From Mobula hypostoma (lineage: Eukaryota): 64,000 bases of DNA. Both the position numbers and the translations under genes were made by a program. The stretch is taken from positions 46,812,001 through 46,876,000 of the forward strand of contig NC_086097.1 in NCBI RefSeq assembly GCF_963921235.1, in the 5' to 3' direction. Below, one piece after another: positions 13,701-25,438 of the stretch (the first letter of the stretch is position 1; each line of letters starts with the position of its first letter). The notes below the pieces were generated by a model. That model was not told where the DNA came from. It did no database searches and worked only from the letters and a program-made list of their open reading frames with translations.

Positions 13701-16700
13701 CAGAGATCAGTGGGTTCCTTCTCCGGAATCACCTGGATACAGATAAAGCCATAGAAGAGAGCAGCAGTCAGAGAAAGAAGCAAGATGGCCAAATCTTACT
13801 TGGACTTATTGACTGTCCAGGAGATCTTCAGCCTGCTTTCCCCACTCTATATAAGATAACCTACAATGAGAAGCTGAGGAGTGCATAGTCAGAAATACAG
13901 TCTCCCATACTCTTTGCAAATGTGGAATATAAACTAATCCAGGCTATAGGGACCTCTGAGTTCATGAACCAGCTTAAAAATATGTTTGACTGAACAACTC
14001 AAATCATGCTTTTCATTGTTTTCTTCAAGTTTCTGATGAAATAAAGTGAAAGCATTTTACAAGATCATTCCTTGTCCCATCCTTGGCTTTTAAAGACAGA
14101 ATTTCATCCCATTAAAAATCCAGCTTTGGGTTTGGGGTCAGAGACTACTCATTTCCCAGCTTCATATAAAAAGAAACATGTGTTTAGAGAAATATGCATT
14201 GGCAATGGTAACATTTAATTTCACATGGAAAATTGCAACTTACTGAGGACTGCCAAGCCACAACATTCTCCTATTTGGGACTTTCCATTGTATTAAATGG
14301 CAACTATGGAAATGCCCAGAGATTGTAATAAACAAGAAACATATGAAAAAGATTTGTACAAAGTTGTAATCAACCAAAAATTAATTTTAAACTAGACTGC
14401 AAGAACCTCATCCCATCTACTGGAGTTCTTGTCAATAAATTTAAAGGATCAGTAATAAAATATGATTAAAATATAATTATAAAATGAATCTCCACTTATC
14501 TAAGACATGACAAATGAAGAAGAAATCAGGAAAATCAGGAACACTTAACAGTGTAAAAAAATATTGACACCTCAGTCATTAACTGATTACTGAAATGGTG
14601 GGTTTGTAATTAGGTGATGAAACAGATTACGCTTTATCTGTTTTAATTTAGAAGAATAAGTGGTGATCTCACTGAAAACTACAAAGCTCTTAAGGAATTG
14701 ACAGAGCAGATGTAAGGATGATGTTTCACCTGTTGGTGTAACTGGAACCAAGAGTCATAGTTTCAAAATGAGGGTTTAGCCATTTACTCCACCACAATTC
14801 TAAGAGATTTTTTTACATAGAATGATGAATCTCTGGAATTGTTTCCTGAAGATGCCTGCGGATGCTCAATTATAGAGTATACTCAGGACTGAAATAGATG
14901 TAATTTTTAATTATTATTAAAATCAAGGGATAGAAGGTTAGATCAGGAAAGTAGCACTGAGGATAAAAGATCAGCCATGATGTTAGCAAACATGCAGAGG
15001 AGTTTATGATATACTAATCCCTGTATTCCTAAAAGTGTATCTTGCAACTGAGCTGCGTATCTTTGACCTGATAGTATTTGAATTTGTAGTCCTTTGTCAA
15101 AATGACAATGAACATGGTTTCGGTTTGTTTTCCGGATGAAGAATGTGAGGCTTGTTAGGTAAGGGTTCCAAGGGAAAGTTGCAGAAGGGTGCAATGGAGA
15201 GTGAGAAGGATTGTAAATGGAGATCTGACAAATGTGAAAATAGATTTGGGTAGATGTTATACACATCCATGTACCTTTTTAATGTGGTTCATATTCAATA
15301 GGCATATCTTTGTTCACACTGCTTGAGGTCCAAACATGAAAATATTGCACATATTTTCATGTTGAAAAGTCCTGAACAGAATAACTTAGCAGTCTGAGGA
15401 CTGTTGGAATTTTCCACATGAATTTAAATTTCCACCACCTTCTTTTAAAAATGTGCTTTAAAGTTTTCAATAATTTTAAGATTATGTCTAATTTATGCTC
15501 TAATTTTAAAATTATGCTCACTTGTTCCTGATACTCCAATCAAAAGAAATTTATTGTTATCTCCCCCTATTAAATCCTTTAAATATTTTAACATCTCGAT
15601 TCAATCACCCTTTAAGTTTCAATACTTAATGAACATGATAAAAAAGAGAAGTCCAGTAAATTGATCTTGAATAGCTAGGATTAAATCCCAAAATGTCTTT
15701 GAACCTATGAGGGGATATAAATGTGTTTATATTTTGGTGATAATTTTATGTGATGCACAAAATAAGAAATAAAATGTAAATGGTTTTACAGCTTCCAGCA
15801 ATCGGCAGAGAACTTTGAGAAAACCAATATGAACCAAACAAACTTCATTTCCATTATTATTTTAATCACCAACTGTTGTGAAGTTATCAGGTAAGTTTGT
15901 TAAGCAGTTAACATCATGTGTAAATTAAATGTGTAAGTGTAAAACTTCTGCTCATTGATTGACCTGTAGACTAAGAAAATCCTAGTCAAATACGACTATC
16001 TCAAGAAGTGATGCTGACATAAACTGATAAATTAAAACTTAAATTGGTAAATTGGTTTATTGCTGTGACATGTACTGATGTGCAGTGAAAAGCTTGTCTT
16101 GCATACCACCCATACAGATCAATTCATTACAATGGTGCATTGAGGTAGCACAATGTAAAACAATAACAAATCAGAATAAAGTGTTACATTGTGAAGTCAC
16201 TGAGGGAATAGAATAAAGTAGATATCAGTCCACATTGAATTTATTATTGCAGTGAAGTGGAAGGAGAATCCTCAGTTTACAGGACTACTGTATACCCAAC
16301 ATCCAAAGGACATTGAAATATCTCTGATGTTAAAATGCTATCTTGCCATGGGAGCAGACTCACACAAATTGTTGGATGAAGTCGGCAGGTCAGGCATCAT
16401 CCATGGAGAGGAATAAAGAGCCGACATTTCGGGCTGAGACCCTTTGGGACCATAATTTCACCCCTGAATTTGTAGAAGCTGCCTGTGAGATGACAGGTGT
16501 CAACATCTTGCGTCCACTCAATTTTGGGCTTTTGAATTCAAAGTTATATCAAAATAATTTCTACCAGCAGCTGTTGGAAATTGAAGATATACTTGTAATC
16601 TTCCATATGAAAATAATGCTACAATGGAAATTAAAATCAGCAGAGATATACAATGGATGGATAATCTGGCAATCCTCTTTCCATTATTGCCCAAAATCAA

Positions 16701-19700
16701 AATGATATTCAATAAGATTACCTTAGCAAATCAGTAAAAGCACAGTTTTGTTTATACATAAGAAAACTATTGCTCATTTTTAATTATATTTTTAGGAATT
16801 ACATTGACACAAATGAGAAAATCACAAATACAGAATTGACGGAGAAAATCCGATCACTTTTGAATGAAATGGAAAAAAAGACAAAAGACGTTTTGTTAAA
16901 GACTTTGTTTTGTAAATTAAAGGTAAGATGAGTAGGAACCAAACAGATATATAATTAAAAGGCTTTTAAGAACTTTATCAGTGTCAAGCTTCTTACCAAG
17001 CTTAGAAGAATTAAATATGATTTTTCATATTTTTTAGTATATAATGTACAAACACTTCACTATGGTTAATCGATGTAATAGTCAGCAGTTGTAATTGTGA
17101 TTTTGTTTAAAAAATTACTTAGTGTTTATTGTTTTCATAAGTGTAAAAACTGTGTTAGATTCAGTAAAAACTATATTAAAAGATTAATTGACTTTTTTCA
17201 GGGTTCCATTTTGTTGTAAGTTGAAATTTGCACTTAAGTAATTTGATTCATCTCAAGCTAACTCCTTTATATTATTCTGTAGCCTCATTGTAAAAAGCTG
17301 GTGACAGGAAAATGGCTTGAGTCTTCAGAACCCATGATCAAAATGCTTGGAATATTGGAGGAACATCTTACAAAACTAGAGAAATTAAAAGCACCCTTGT
17401 ATCAGGTGCGTAACAATCAGCAGAACTGGTAATATGACATGAAATATTGTGATAATCATGTTTATCAAATCTATAGTAAAGATGACAATCAACATGTGCT
17501 TCAGCCTTCTATGATCTGTCTGTAACGGAATGCTGCAGGGCTACCAAAAGGTCAATATATAAATAGCTGAACTGATATGGCAAAGAACCTCAAGTAGTCC
17601 TAGAATAGTTCCACACTATCTTGACTAGCTTCACCTAACATAGCAAATTTCTTCTCTTCTCTCAGATGGTAGTTAATTTCTGCCCCCCAAGTGTGATGGC
17701 ATATTTAACTATTTGAAAGACAAGGAATTAAGGGTTATGGGAAACACACATAGGAGTTGAGACCAGCATAGATCAGTCATGATCATGTTGAATGATGGGG
17801 CAGAATTAAGGAGCCTGGAGGCCTACCCTGCTCCTATTTTCTTGTGTTGATCTTTGCCCAGGGAAGGATCAACAGCCATTTTGATTTCCTATAATGATTC
17901 CAGACCAATGGCACACACAGTCATAAAGTTATAGAACACCACATCACAGAAACGGGCCTTTTGGCCCATCTAGTGCATGCCAAACCATTAATCTGCCTAG
18001 TCCACGGTCAACATTTCAGGCAGGACACCGAAGGGTCTCGGCCCAAAATGTCGACTATACTCTTTTCCATAGATGCTGCTAGCCTGCTGAGTTCCTCCAG
18101 CACTTTGTGTGTGTTGCTTGGATTTCCAGCATCTGCAGATTTTCTCTTGTACGTAATCTGTCTAGTCCCATTGACCTGCACCCAGGCCATAGCCCTCCAT
18201 ACCCCTACCATCCACATACCTATCCATATTTCATTTAAATGTTAAAATCGAACCCACATCCACCTCTTCTGCTGGCAACTTGTTCCACACTCTCACCACC
18301 CTCTAAGTGAAGAAGTTCCCCTGTATATTCTCCTTAAACAATTCATCTTTCACCCTTAACCCATGACTTCTAGTTCTAGTCTCACCCAATCTCAGTGGAG
18401 AAAGCCTGCTTGCATTTACCCTATCTATGCCTCTCATAATTTTGTATACCACTATCAAATCTCACCTCAATCTTCTATGTTCCAGGGAATAAAATCCTAA
18501 CCTATTCAACCTTTCCCTATAATTCAGGTGCTCACGTCTTGGCAACATCCTTGTAAATTTTCTCTGCACTCTTTCAACGTTATTTACATTTTTCCTGTAG
18601 GTAGGTGACCAAAACTGGACACAAGACTCCAAATTAGGCTTCATCAATGTCTTATACAATTTCAACATAACATCCCATCTCCTGTACACAATACATTCAT
18701 TTATGAAGGCCAATGTGTCAAGAGCTTTCTTTACAAGCCTACCTACCAGTGATGCCACTTTCAACAAATTATAGACCTGTATTCTCAGATCCCTCTGTTC
18801 AACGTACTCCTCGGTGCCCTATCGCTCATTGTGTAAGACCTACCCTGGTTGGTCCACTCAAAGTTCAACACCTCACACTTCTCTGCATTAAATTCCATCT
18901 GCCATTTCTCAGCCCATTTTTTGATTCAGTCCAGATCCCACTACAAAGTTCTTCACTGTCCATGACATCCCTAATCTTGGTGTCATCCGCAAATTTTATG
19001 CTGATCCAGTTTACATATTATCATCCAAATCATTGACATAGATGACAAACAACAACAGACCCAGCACCAACCCCTGTGGCACACCACTAGTCACAGGCCT
19101 CCAGTCAGAGAGACAACCATCCATATCCACTCTCTGGCTTCTCCCTCAAAGCCAGTGTCTAATCGAAGTTACTACCTCATCTTGAATGCCGAGTGACTGA
19201 ACCTTCTTGACCAACCTCCCATGTGGGACCTTGTCAAATGCCTTGCTAAAGTCCATGGAGACAACTTCCGCTACACTACCTTCATTAGCTTTCATGGTAA
19301 TTGTCTCAAAAAGCTCTATAAGATCAGTTACACACAATCTACTATGCACAAAACTATGTTGACTATCCCTAATCAGTCCCTGTCTATCCAAATGCTAATA
19401 TATTTGATCCCTTAGAATACCTTCCAAAAACTTTCCCACTACTGATGGCAGGCTCACCAGCCTAAAATTTTGTGGCTTATTTGTAGAGCCTTTCATAAAT
19501 CACTGAACAACATTAGCTATCCTCCAACCCTCAGGCACCTCAACCATGGCTAAGAATACTTTACATATCTCTACTGGAGCCCCTGCAATTTCTGCACTAG
19601 CCTCCCACAGGGTCCATCTTGAACACCTTGTCAGACCCTGGGGATCTATCCATCCTAATTTGCCCCAAGACAGCAAACACCTCCTCTTCTATAATCTGTA

Positions 19701-22700
19701 AAGGGTCCATAATCTCGCTGCTGCTTTGCCTCACTTCTATAGACTCAGTGTCCTTCTCCTGAGTAAATACAGATGCAAAAAATCCATTTAACTTCTCCTC
19801 CCATTTCTTTCAGATCCCCTCATAGATGACCATTCCGATCTTCCAGAGGACCAATTTTGTACTTTGCTGTCTTTTTGGCTTAATATATCTGTAGAAACTC
19901 TGAGGATTCTCCTTCACCTTTTGTGCTAGAGCAACCTCATGCCTTCATTTAGCCATCCTAATTTCCTACGGCTTACGCCTCTTCTCACTGAAACCTTTGA
20001 TGTGCCAAAACCCCAACTCCCCACTCTAACACTGGCCCACTCAAATAATGACCACTCCCACAATCGCCGTTCTGATTAAACCTAACTTCTTTTTTTCACC
20101 AAGTACCGAATTGTGCATAATCTAATATCTCCTCGGGAACTGTGTCTTGCCGGCTGCCTCCACTTACTTCTTTTAAATTCGCTCCCCCTAAGTGCAATCC
20201 AATGTCTCCTCAGGAACTGTGGTGCTTAAACTGCTAGATCCATCAATGTATGTATGTGTTGTGTGAGAACAGAATTGATTGTTATTTGTATTCTCAAAGT
20301 AATTACTGAAGTACAGACATTAGTACTAAAAAGTCTGTGAAATGTATGAGTACTCATGGTATTCAAAGCAGCCTTTAGAACGGAGATACTGTAATAGTAC
20401 AAAACAACAAATTCAAAACTCTGTCTTAAATGTAATTGTTTTTATTTTCGACTGGTGTCCACAATTTACGGTGATTTTGATTGTTTTGTGCCTTTCAATA
20501 GGATACATTGAGGGAAATCCATAAGCAACTCATTATAGAATACATTATAAGAATTATGAAGAAAAAGCTAAATTGCAAAACAGTAAATGAGCAGAAGAAA
20601 GTGGCAAACCAAATAAAGAATGAAGCTGAGCAGTTACAGAAACTCTTCTCCTTTTATGTAAGTTTCCTTTTATTTATATAAACTCTTTTTACCCAGGCAG
20701 TTTCTATTATCAATTTTGGTATGATAGTGGATAGTGGAGTATGAGTATACAATAAATATATGTATATCTTTTTTTTTTACTATCTGTAGTGCCAGGAATA
20801 TAATATGTTGGTAAGATAAAAATGCAGGAGTGCTGAAACATGTGTATTTTGTTCACTCTGCACTTGTGTGCAGACATTATAAATATGGGCAGTCCCTGAG
20901 CTATGCAAGGGTTGCAGTGCTGTCAAATATCTGTAAACCAATTTATTTACAAATCTATATCATATTGCTCCACGTGCACTTACTATAATTTCACAATTTC
21001 CTTGAATAAGTTCCTTAAGATTGTCATAGCTGGCAGGTGGTTAGTGGGGCTGAGCTCTCACTACCTATTAAATGGCATTTGTATCAAATACTCTCTGACA
21101 GCCAAGTCCAGCTGAGGCAGTACTATGTTGAGTTCATCTCTGACTGGCATCTCCTGAGATGACGCTGGTGCCAAACTGTATCAGTCTCTACCATTTCTTT
21201 GGATTCATCAACTGCATGGAGGGGTGTGGGGAGCCTACTGCATGGGCAGCAGCTTGCTCGAAATATCGTACTGTCCTTGCTCGCACACTGGCTTGTGTAT
21301 TGTAGACAGTTGGGACAGAACATCCCTGCTTGACGGTGGGCCTCTCTCTCCTTGATAATCATCCTAACACTACCCATAATTTTACTAATGGAATATGAAT
21401 GATATTTAGTCATTAATAATTACCATGGAAATGCTAGGGAAATGCCTTAAAAATTTGGAAGAATTTGCATGAAGTTGAATTTAAAGACAGGTCCATTCAT
21501 AACTCAGGGAGCCTCTATATATGACATAATCTCTCTGGTCCTCTCTGAGAACTGTTTCTTGTCTTTGCATTATTTCTTCCCAGTTTTCCTCTGGATCAAT
21601 TTCTAGAATACACGAGCAATCACAAATTTCTTCAATATATTTCTATTTCTATTACTTTTCCCCACATGATATCTCCATGCCAGACACTTCAACTGTCACT
21701 CCACTATCCCATGTCTGAAAGTCAAATTTGCTTGATAGTGTTCACATAGTGTATAAATTCTATCACATTGTTTTGATTGGTTCTCTGAATGCTTTGATTA
21801 AGGATTCTTTTCCTGTTTCTCTCTTCCAATTTTCCCTTAACATTTTTCTGAACTAAGCTCAACTCTTCTGTGGCTCAACAGAAGTATAACCTAGTTAATG
21901 GTCTAGCAAGAAGTTTCAACTTTCAGAAATGAATGCAAATGAGGACCATCATACTGGACTAACTCCTCTGATAAATCATAACAATCAAAAAATGGATCTC
22001 TGATCTTTAGTACTTGTTTTTCCATAGTACATGCTCAACTTGTAACACTTTGATGCATTTTTGAATGATTTTGATTACGAAGTTATAAATTCTCTTACTA
22101 CAGTTAGGAAATGTTATAGTTTGTATAGTGTTTCCTGGCCATGCTCAGCTCTTTAAAGGAGTCATCACTGGCTTTGACTCTGCCATCTTGACAATACATT
22201 CATCCACTAGATATTCAAGATTCTTCTCTAACTCAATAAACAGAACTCCAAGAATTCACCTGTATGCCTGTGACACCATAATGTTAATGGTCTGTGACTT
22301 AGAGACCATATTCTATGAGAGGGATAAGAATAGATGTGGTTTCCTTTGAGGGGGTTCTACAAAGATTGATTCCAGGACCCTCATGGGTTACCCAGGGACC
22401 ATATAATTGTCAAAATTTGTAAATACAGGAAGAGAGTAAAGGCAAATCTTGATTTCCTCACACTTGCAATCTTCAAATCTTGCTCATTTGCTGAGACTAG
22501 CTTATTTCACTGTTCCGTTAATAAGGAATGGCCTGTACATTTTCTCCCAATTTCCACCTGTACTACTCTAGGGAACATTCTGTCAAGCTGTCACTCTTGT
22601 TTTGCAATGTTTAATTCCTTGCTGCACCTCTGATTCACAGCCAATTTCAATTTACTTTTCTGTTGTATTGCAAACATGTAGATCTGCGGTACAGGATATC

Positions 22701-24904
22701 AGAGCCAACAGTAATCAAGCAATGAATTAAGTGACAAACTGCCATGGTGATTTCATATCAGTGAGCAGATGATAATCAATACTCATTTAAACTTGCTGTA
22801 AAATTTAACATATTTACCAGACTACAATGATTACTTTGTTGAACTGCAATAAATATTGTTATTATATCTAACAGGTGGATTGTTTTTCTTTTAATTTAAC
22901 TAGAGATCTGAAACTACACATCTAGAGTCTGCACTCCTTAAGATAGCTGAAATCATCAGGCTTAAGGATGTTGAAGCTATCACAATGGAAGTTGCTGCAC
23001 TTTCCCGAGACTTCCCAGATGTTCAGTAAGTACAATCACAAAATTACAAACACAAAACTTGAAAATGTCATTTCAACTGAAGTTGTTTCTTGAAGACTGA
23101 ATAGATGGTCCCTATAAGCTCATCCTGAATAAAATATTTTGTGGGATTATTATTTAATAAAAGAAAGTGTTCATTGTTTATTAAATTAATTATATGCAAA
23201 AGACCAATTCCTGTGATGTGCTTTGAAAGCATAGTCTCCGATGCCAAGGAGAGCAAGGGATGAAATATTTTTTGTTTGGTAAGTTAGATACTGAGAATCT
23301 GTTTCCTCTGACTGGATGGCCTAGGACTAAAATACATTATATCAGGATAAGGAATTAGCCATGTAAGATAAGACAAATTTCTTCACTCACAATTATTAAT
23401 TTTTAGAATTGTAATCCTTGACTATAAGTCATTGGACACGAGGGGGATTTAAAGGATCACAGGGTCAGGAGGCAGAAGAGAGGTGGAGTTGAGGAAGGTT
23501 TATCAATGTCTTAATGAAGATAATATTATATGGATGAATGGGTGGCAATGTAATGCAGCGAGTAGAACTACTGCCTCTCAGATACAGTAACCCAGGTTCA
23601 ATCCTGACAGCCTTTACAGTCAGTGTAGAGTTCTCATGTCCCCACTGTGATCAGTAAATTGTACCTAGTGTGTAGGTGGGGGGTGGGTGGGGGTTGGTGG
23701 TGATAAACAGTTGAGGAGAATAAAATGGTGCTTACTGATCAGAATAGACCAGGGGGTCGAAAGATTTTATTTCAGTGTTCTCTGTGCGACTGTGAGCTCT
23801 ACTCTGACAGTATCCTTTAAAAAAACTTGTATTTATGTATAACTCATTTTATATCCTAAGAACATCTACAAAGTTTAATAGCCAATGAATTACTTTCAAA
23901 ATTAGCGTTTAACTGGTAGATCCCACTGATGTAAAATGAGATATAAGGCAAATTATTATTTCTTAAAAATGCGATGACATCATGTGAATGCTCTGATCTT
24001 CACATAATCACATGGGGTCTTCACATTCACCCAACCTAATACATTGTGAAGACACCACATTATGGCAGTCCTCCCTTTATTCAGCACCACAATAACAGCC
24101 CAAGTTACATGTACATACAGTTTGCATGCTGAAAGAATCTTTACTTTTATAATACCCATCACGATTGAATTGTACAGTTAAAGACATTTTTCAAGAGATT
24201 GAACAGCTATATTCATCCACATGAAAGCAGCTAAAACTGTTAGATTTGAGTCATCTAAAATTTCTATTTCAGATACAGCACTCTGTGATGTTCTAAAGAA
24301 ATATTGTGACTCCATTGAAAATGTGATGTCAGACTTACCACATATCAATGTAAAAAAACAACAAAGAAATCAAATTACAATGATGGAAATTCTGATTCGT
24401 GTTATTGCACAAAACAAGTATGACAAATTAAACATTTCTTTATTGAACAGCAGAAAATGTTATGGCCAATGGAAGTTCACTAATCTGAACATTTCTTTGA
24501 CACAAACATTGCCTGACCTGATGAGCATTTTCTGTTTTTATTTTAAATATCCAGCATTTGTATATCTTTTACTTAAAGATTCCATTGTTGTTATACTGAC
24601 CGATCGTTCAGCACTTTAACTATCATTATCGACCAACACAATTCGATTTTGTTATACACTTATATTCCATATGCTGCAATTGTGATGGTTATTACAGTAA
24701 AATTATGTGCAATACTTCACTCTGATCAAATGTTCCATTCTGGGCAGAAAACATCACATTGGAGCCATCTTATACCTTAAAGGGAACTTGAAAAAATCAA
24801 ATGAAAAGGAGATTCTGAACATTCTTAACACCCCTATGAATAATACAGACTCTTCTGTGGATATGAAACTCTTCACCAGTTCGACAGTTCTAAAGGATCT
24901 TTGA
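186..24904 (+). CDS. TNFAIP2: Multi-exon Sec6/EXOC3-family gene, TNFAIP2 (M-Sec)/EXOC3L-like; 10 coding exons in window, ~587 aa from ATG 188
   Basis: Exons 186-831, 3004-3115, 3301-3423, 13245-13345, 15792-15890, 16796-16922, 17283-17405, 20502-20657, 22904-23025 and 24748-24904 all have AG/GT boundaries and matching phases, giving one stop-free frame. Motifs IKPCYPQEYNI..YVEYYH, YHSELPIDIIQ, IAEIIRLKD..AI.MEVA...FPD and KHHIGAILYLKGNL resemble TNFAIP2/EXOC3L proteins as I recall them. The exact paralogue (TNFAIP2 vs EXOC3L4/L2) is uncertain. Confidence 0.85.
930..1600 (-). mobile_element. Degenerate CR1 LINE 3' fragment
   Basis: Eroded similarity to the CR1 3' ends elsewhere in the window (catagaa tail, ccactctgtctag, gtactccagc). 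Boundaries approximate. Confidence 0.45.
2183..2358 (-). mobile_element. LINE (L2/Rex1-type) 3' tail fragment
   Basis: caagtcaagtca short-repeat tail followed by tttattgtcatt, a typical reverse-oriented LINE 3' end. Confidence 0.45.
3004..3115 (+). CDS. TNFAIP2: TNFAIP2/EXOC3L-like exon 2
   Basis: ccttgttcag|T CTT CTC...TTA CAG|gtaaaa; LLSTITQSEETSQEMSKTLLPERMISHLKSEYFSALQ. An alternative in-frame acceptor exists at 3013. Confidence 0.8.
3301..3423 (+). CDS. TNFAIP2: TNFAIP2/EXOC3L-like exon 3
   Basis: tttattgcag|TCA GAT...ATC CAG|gtacac; SDTRTHMYKSLRIEEDKWKREEEPIVLNEYYHSELPIDIIQ. Confidence 0.9.
3530..4743 (+). mobile_element. CR1 LINE fragment (ORF1 SGNH esterase + ORF2 endonuclease, internally deleted)
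   Basis: ALVIGDS, CCLPGARV and LVHIGINDI (esterase), then YQRD..GRG..VALLVK, ESLWVEL, IYRPPNS and MGDFN (APE). Contains stops and frameshifts. Confidence 0.85.
4970..5432 (-). mobile_element. CR1 LINE fragment (ORF1 end / ORF2 endonuclease start)
   Basis: Minus ORF 4984-5289: LKVLYLNACSIWNKVHKL...YDIVDITELWL...GFTLYQKDR. Confidence 0.8.
5683..6914 (+). pseudogene. Nimb ORF1 (gag-like, triple zinc knuckle), one frameshift at ~6465
   Basis: KGVITGIP...YVPKPLRCYDCQRFGHVAKNC, CARC(GGD)HEYGKC and CCNCGGAHNVAYSGC. The frame changes in the tgtggggtgat G-run. Confidence 0.85.
6923..10682 (+). pseudogene. Nimb ORF2 (APE endonuclease, RT, RNase H, C-terminal CCHC), 1 frameshift + 2 stops
   Basis: ILLQWNARSL, CIQETWL, DFNAHS, GSDHYP; SYRPIALTS, QSGFRKGR, GTPQGSVISP, FADD; IYTDGAK, SDS, VPAHVGVKGNERVDELAK; CEECQEEESLEHVVLCC. 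Lesions: A-run at ~8325, TAG 9978-9980, TGA 10284-10286. Confidence 0.92.
10741..10796. repeat. (TA)/(TG)n/(CG)n microsatellite, 56-bp unbroken purine-pyrimidine alternation
   Basis: tgtatatatg(tg)n cgcgcgcacgcgcacg, read directly; lies in the Nimb 3' UTR. Confidence 0.9.
10986..11023 (-). ncRNA. Minimal type-I hammerhead ribozyme motif (Penelope-associated)
   Basis: Reverse complement reads CAGTC-CTGACGA-AGG gttctgg CCT-GAAA-CGTC-GACTG: stem I, CUGANGA core, stem II, GAAA, palindromic ACGU in place of stem III, GUC cleavage triplet. Confidence 0.75.
12195..12232 (+). ncRNA. Minimal type-I hammerhead ribozyme motif (Penelope-associated)
   Basis: CAGTC-CTGACGA-a-GGG ttccag CCC-GAAA-CGTC-GACCG. 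Core intact, one extra A before stem II, one stem I mismatch. Confidence 0.7.
13245..13345 (+). CDS. TNFAIP2: TNFAIP2/EXOC3L-like exon 4
   Basis: tatccctcag|ATA ATT GAA...GGA AG|gtacaa; IIEGAIQEAGTLTNEMVDKTVVIILEEAHSFLG. Confidence 0.85.
14600..15030 (+). mobile_element. Degenerate CR1 3' fragment
   Basis: tttagaagaataagtggtgatctcactgaaaactacaaa...gaatctctggaatt...gatcagccatgat matches other CR1 3' ends in the window. Boundaries approximate. Confidence 0.6.
15792..15890 (+). CDS. TNFAIP2: TNFAIP2/EXOC3L-like exon 5
   Basis: gttttacag|C TTC CAG...ATC AG|gtaagt; FQQSAENFEKTNMNQTNFISIIILITNCCEVI. Confidence 0.88.
16358..16444 (-). mobile_element. Short Penelope-like 3' fragment (degenerate hammerhead region)
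   Basis: caggtcaggcatcatccatggag...ccgacatttcgggctgagaccctt matches the reverse strand of the 12195-12290 segment. Confidence 0.6.
16796..16922 (+). CDS. TNFAIP2: TNFAIP2/EXOC3L-like exon 6
   Basis: atttttag|G AAT TAC...TTA AAG|gtaaga; NYIDTNEKITNTELTEKIRSLLNEMEKKTKDVLLKTLFCKLK. Confidence 0.88.
17283..17405 (+). CDS. TNFAIP2: TNFAIP2/EXOC3L-like exon 7
   Basis: ttctgtag|CCT CAT...TAT CAG|gtgcgt; PHCKKLVTGKWLESSEPMIKMLGILEEHLTKLEKLKAPLYQ. Confidence 0.88.
17915..19968 (-). mobile_element. CR1 LINE, 5'-truncated RT and 3' end
   Basis: Minus ORFs contain IRDSQHSFV, SMDFSKAFDKVPHGRL, LYKTLMKPNLESCVQFWSP and LERVQR-like NVERVQRKFTRMLP. Confidence 0.88.
18004..18153 (+). mobile_element. Short Penelope-like insertion with 15-bp TSD and 5' inversion, inside CR1
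   Basis: TSD taatctg(c/t)ctagtcc at 17989-18003 and 18154-18168. Body gaagggtctcggcccaaaatgtcgact...ccagcatctgcagattttctcttgt. Confidence 0.8.
20502..20657 (+). CDS. TNFAIP2: TNFAIP2/EXOC3L-like exon 8
   Basis: tttcaatag|GAT ACA...TTT TAT|gtaagt; DTLREIHKQLIIEYIIRIMKKKLNCKTVNEQKKVANQIKNEAEQLQKLFSFY. Confidence 0.9.
22904..23025 (+). CDS. TNFAIP2: TNFAIP2/EXOC3L-like exon 9
   Basis: tttaactag|AGA TCT...GTT CA|gtaagt; RSETTHLESALLKIAEIIRLKDVEAITMEVAALSRDFPDV. Confidence 0.9.
23540..23790 (+). mobile_element. tRNA-derived SINE remnant
   Basis: gggtggca...gcagcgagtag A-box-like start, B-box ggttcaatcc, then a gtgtagagtt..catgt core. Degenerate; family not determined. Confidence 0.5.
24748..24904 (+). 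CDS. TNFAIP2: TNFAIP2/EXOC3L-like last coding exon
   Basis: ctgggcag|A AAA CAT CAC...CTT TGA; KHHIGAILYLKGNLKKSNEKEILNILN...KDL*. Confidence 0.88.
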
Positions 24905-25313
24905 AAGTCAAGACATCACTGGGATCCATTACAGTGGTTTTCAAACTGCAGATATTTTTTAGTCTTATCATGCTAAAGGATTCAATTGTAAGAGGATGCC
25001 TTTTCAAGTGCACGTTGTCAGCTTGTCATACTTCTGATGTGGTACATTTGGACAGTATTTGTCCACCTAGGTTACACCACTGTGAAATCTTTCCTTTCCT
25101 TCAACCAGCAATCTTATGGCTGAATGTCTACAGAAAAGGAAAGGACTTGCATTCTCTATGATACCCATCGCCTCCCTGAAATGTCTAAATGTACACTGTA
25201 ACTTCAAGTTGTCACTGATTAGCCTTAGGAAAATGCATGATAAAATTTATTATTTACCTGAATTTGATTCTAGAATGAATAAATCCATTAGACAACAAGG
25301 CTTGGAATTAGAG

Positions 25314-25438
25314 ACAAGAGAAAATCTGCAGATGCTGGAAATCCGAGCAACACACACGAAATGCTGGAGGAACTCAGCAGGCCGGGCAGCACCTGGGAAA
25401 AGAGTACAGTCGATGTTTCGGGCCGAGACCCTTTAGCA
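25314..25438 (-). mobile_element. Short Penelope-like 3' insertion with 9-bp TSD
   Basis: TSD gaattagag at 25305-25313 and 25439-25447. Body aaatctgcagatgctgg...gtcgatgtttcgggccgagaccctt. Confidence 0.8.

Noticed and set aside
24221..24619. 132-aa ATG-initiated ORF in the last intron
   Set aside because: No recognisable motif, its end runs into a degenerate repeat, and exons 9 and 10 already join in phase without it.
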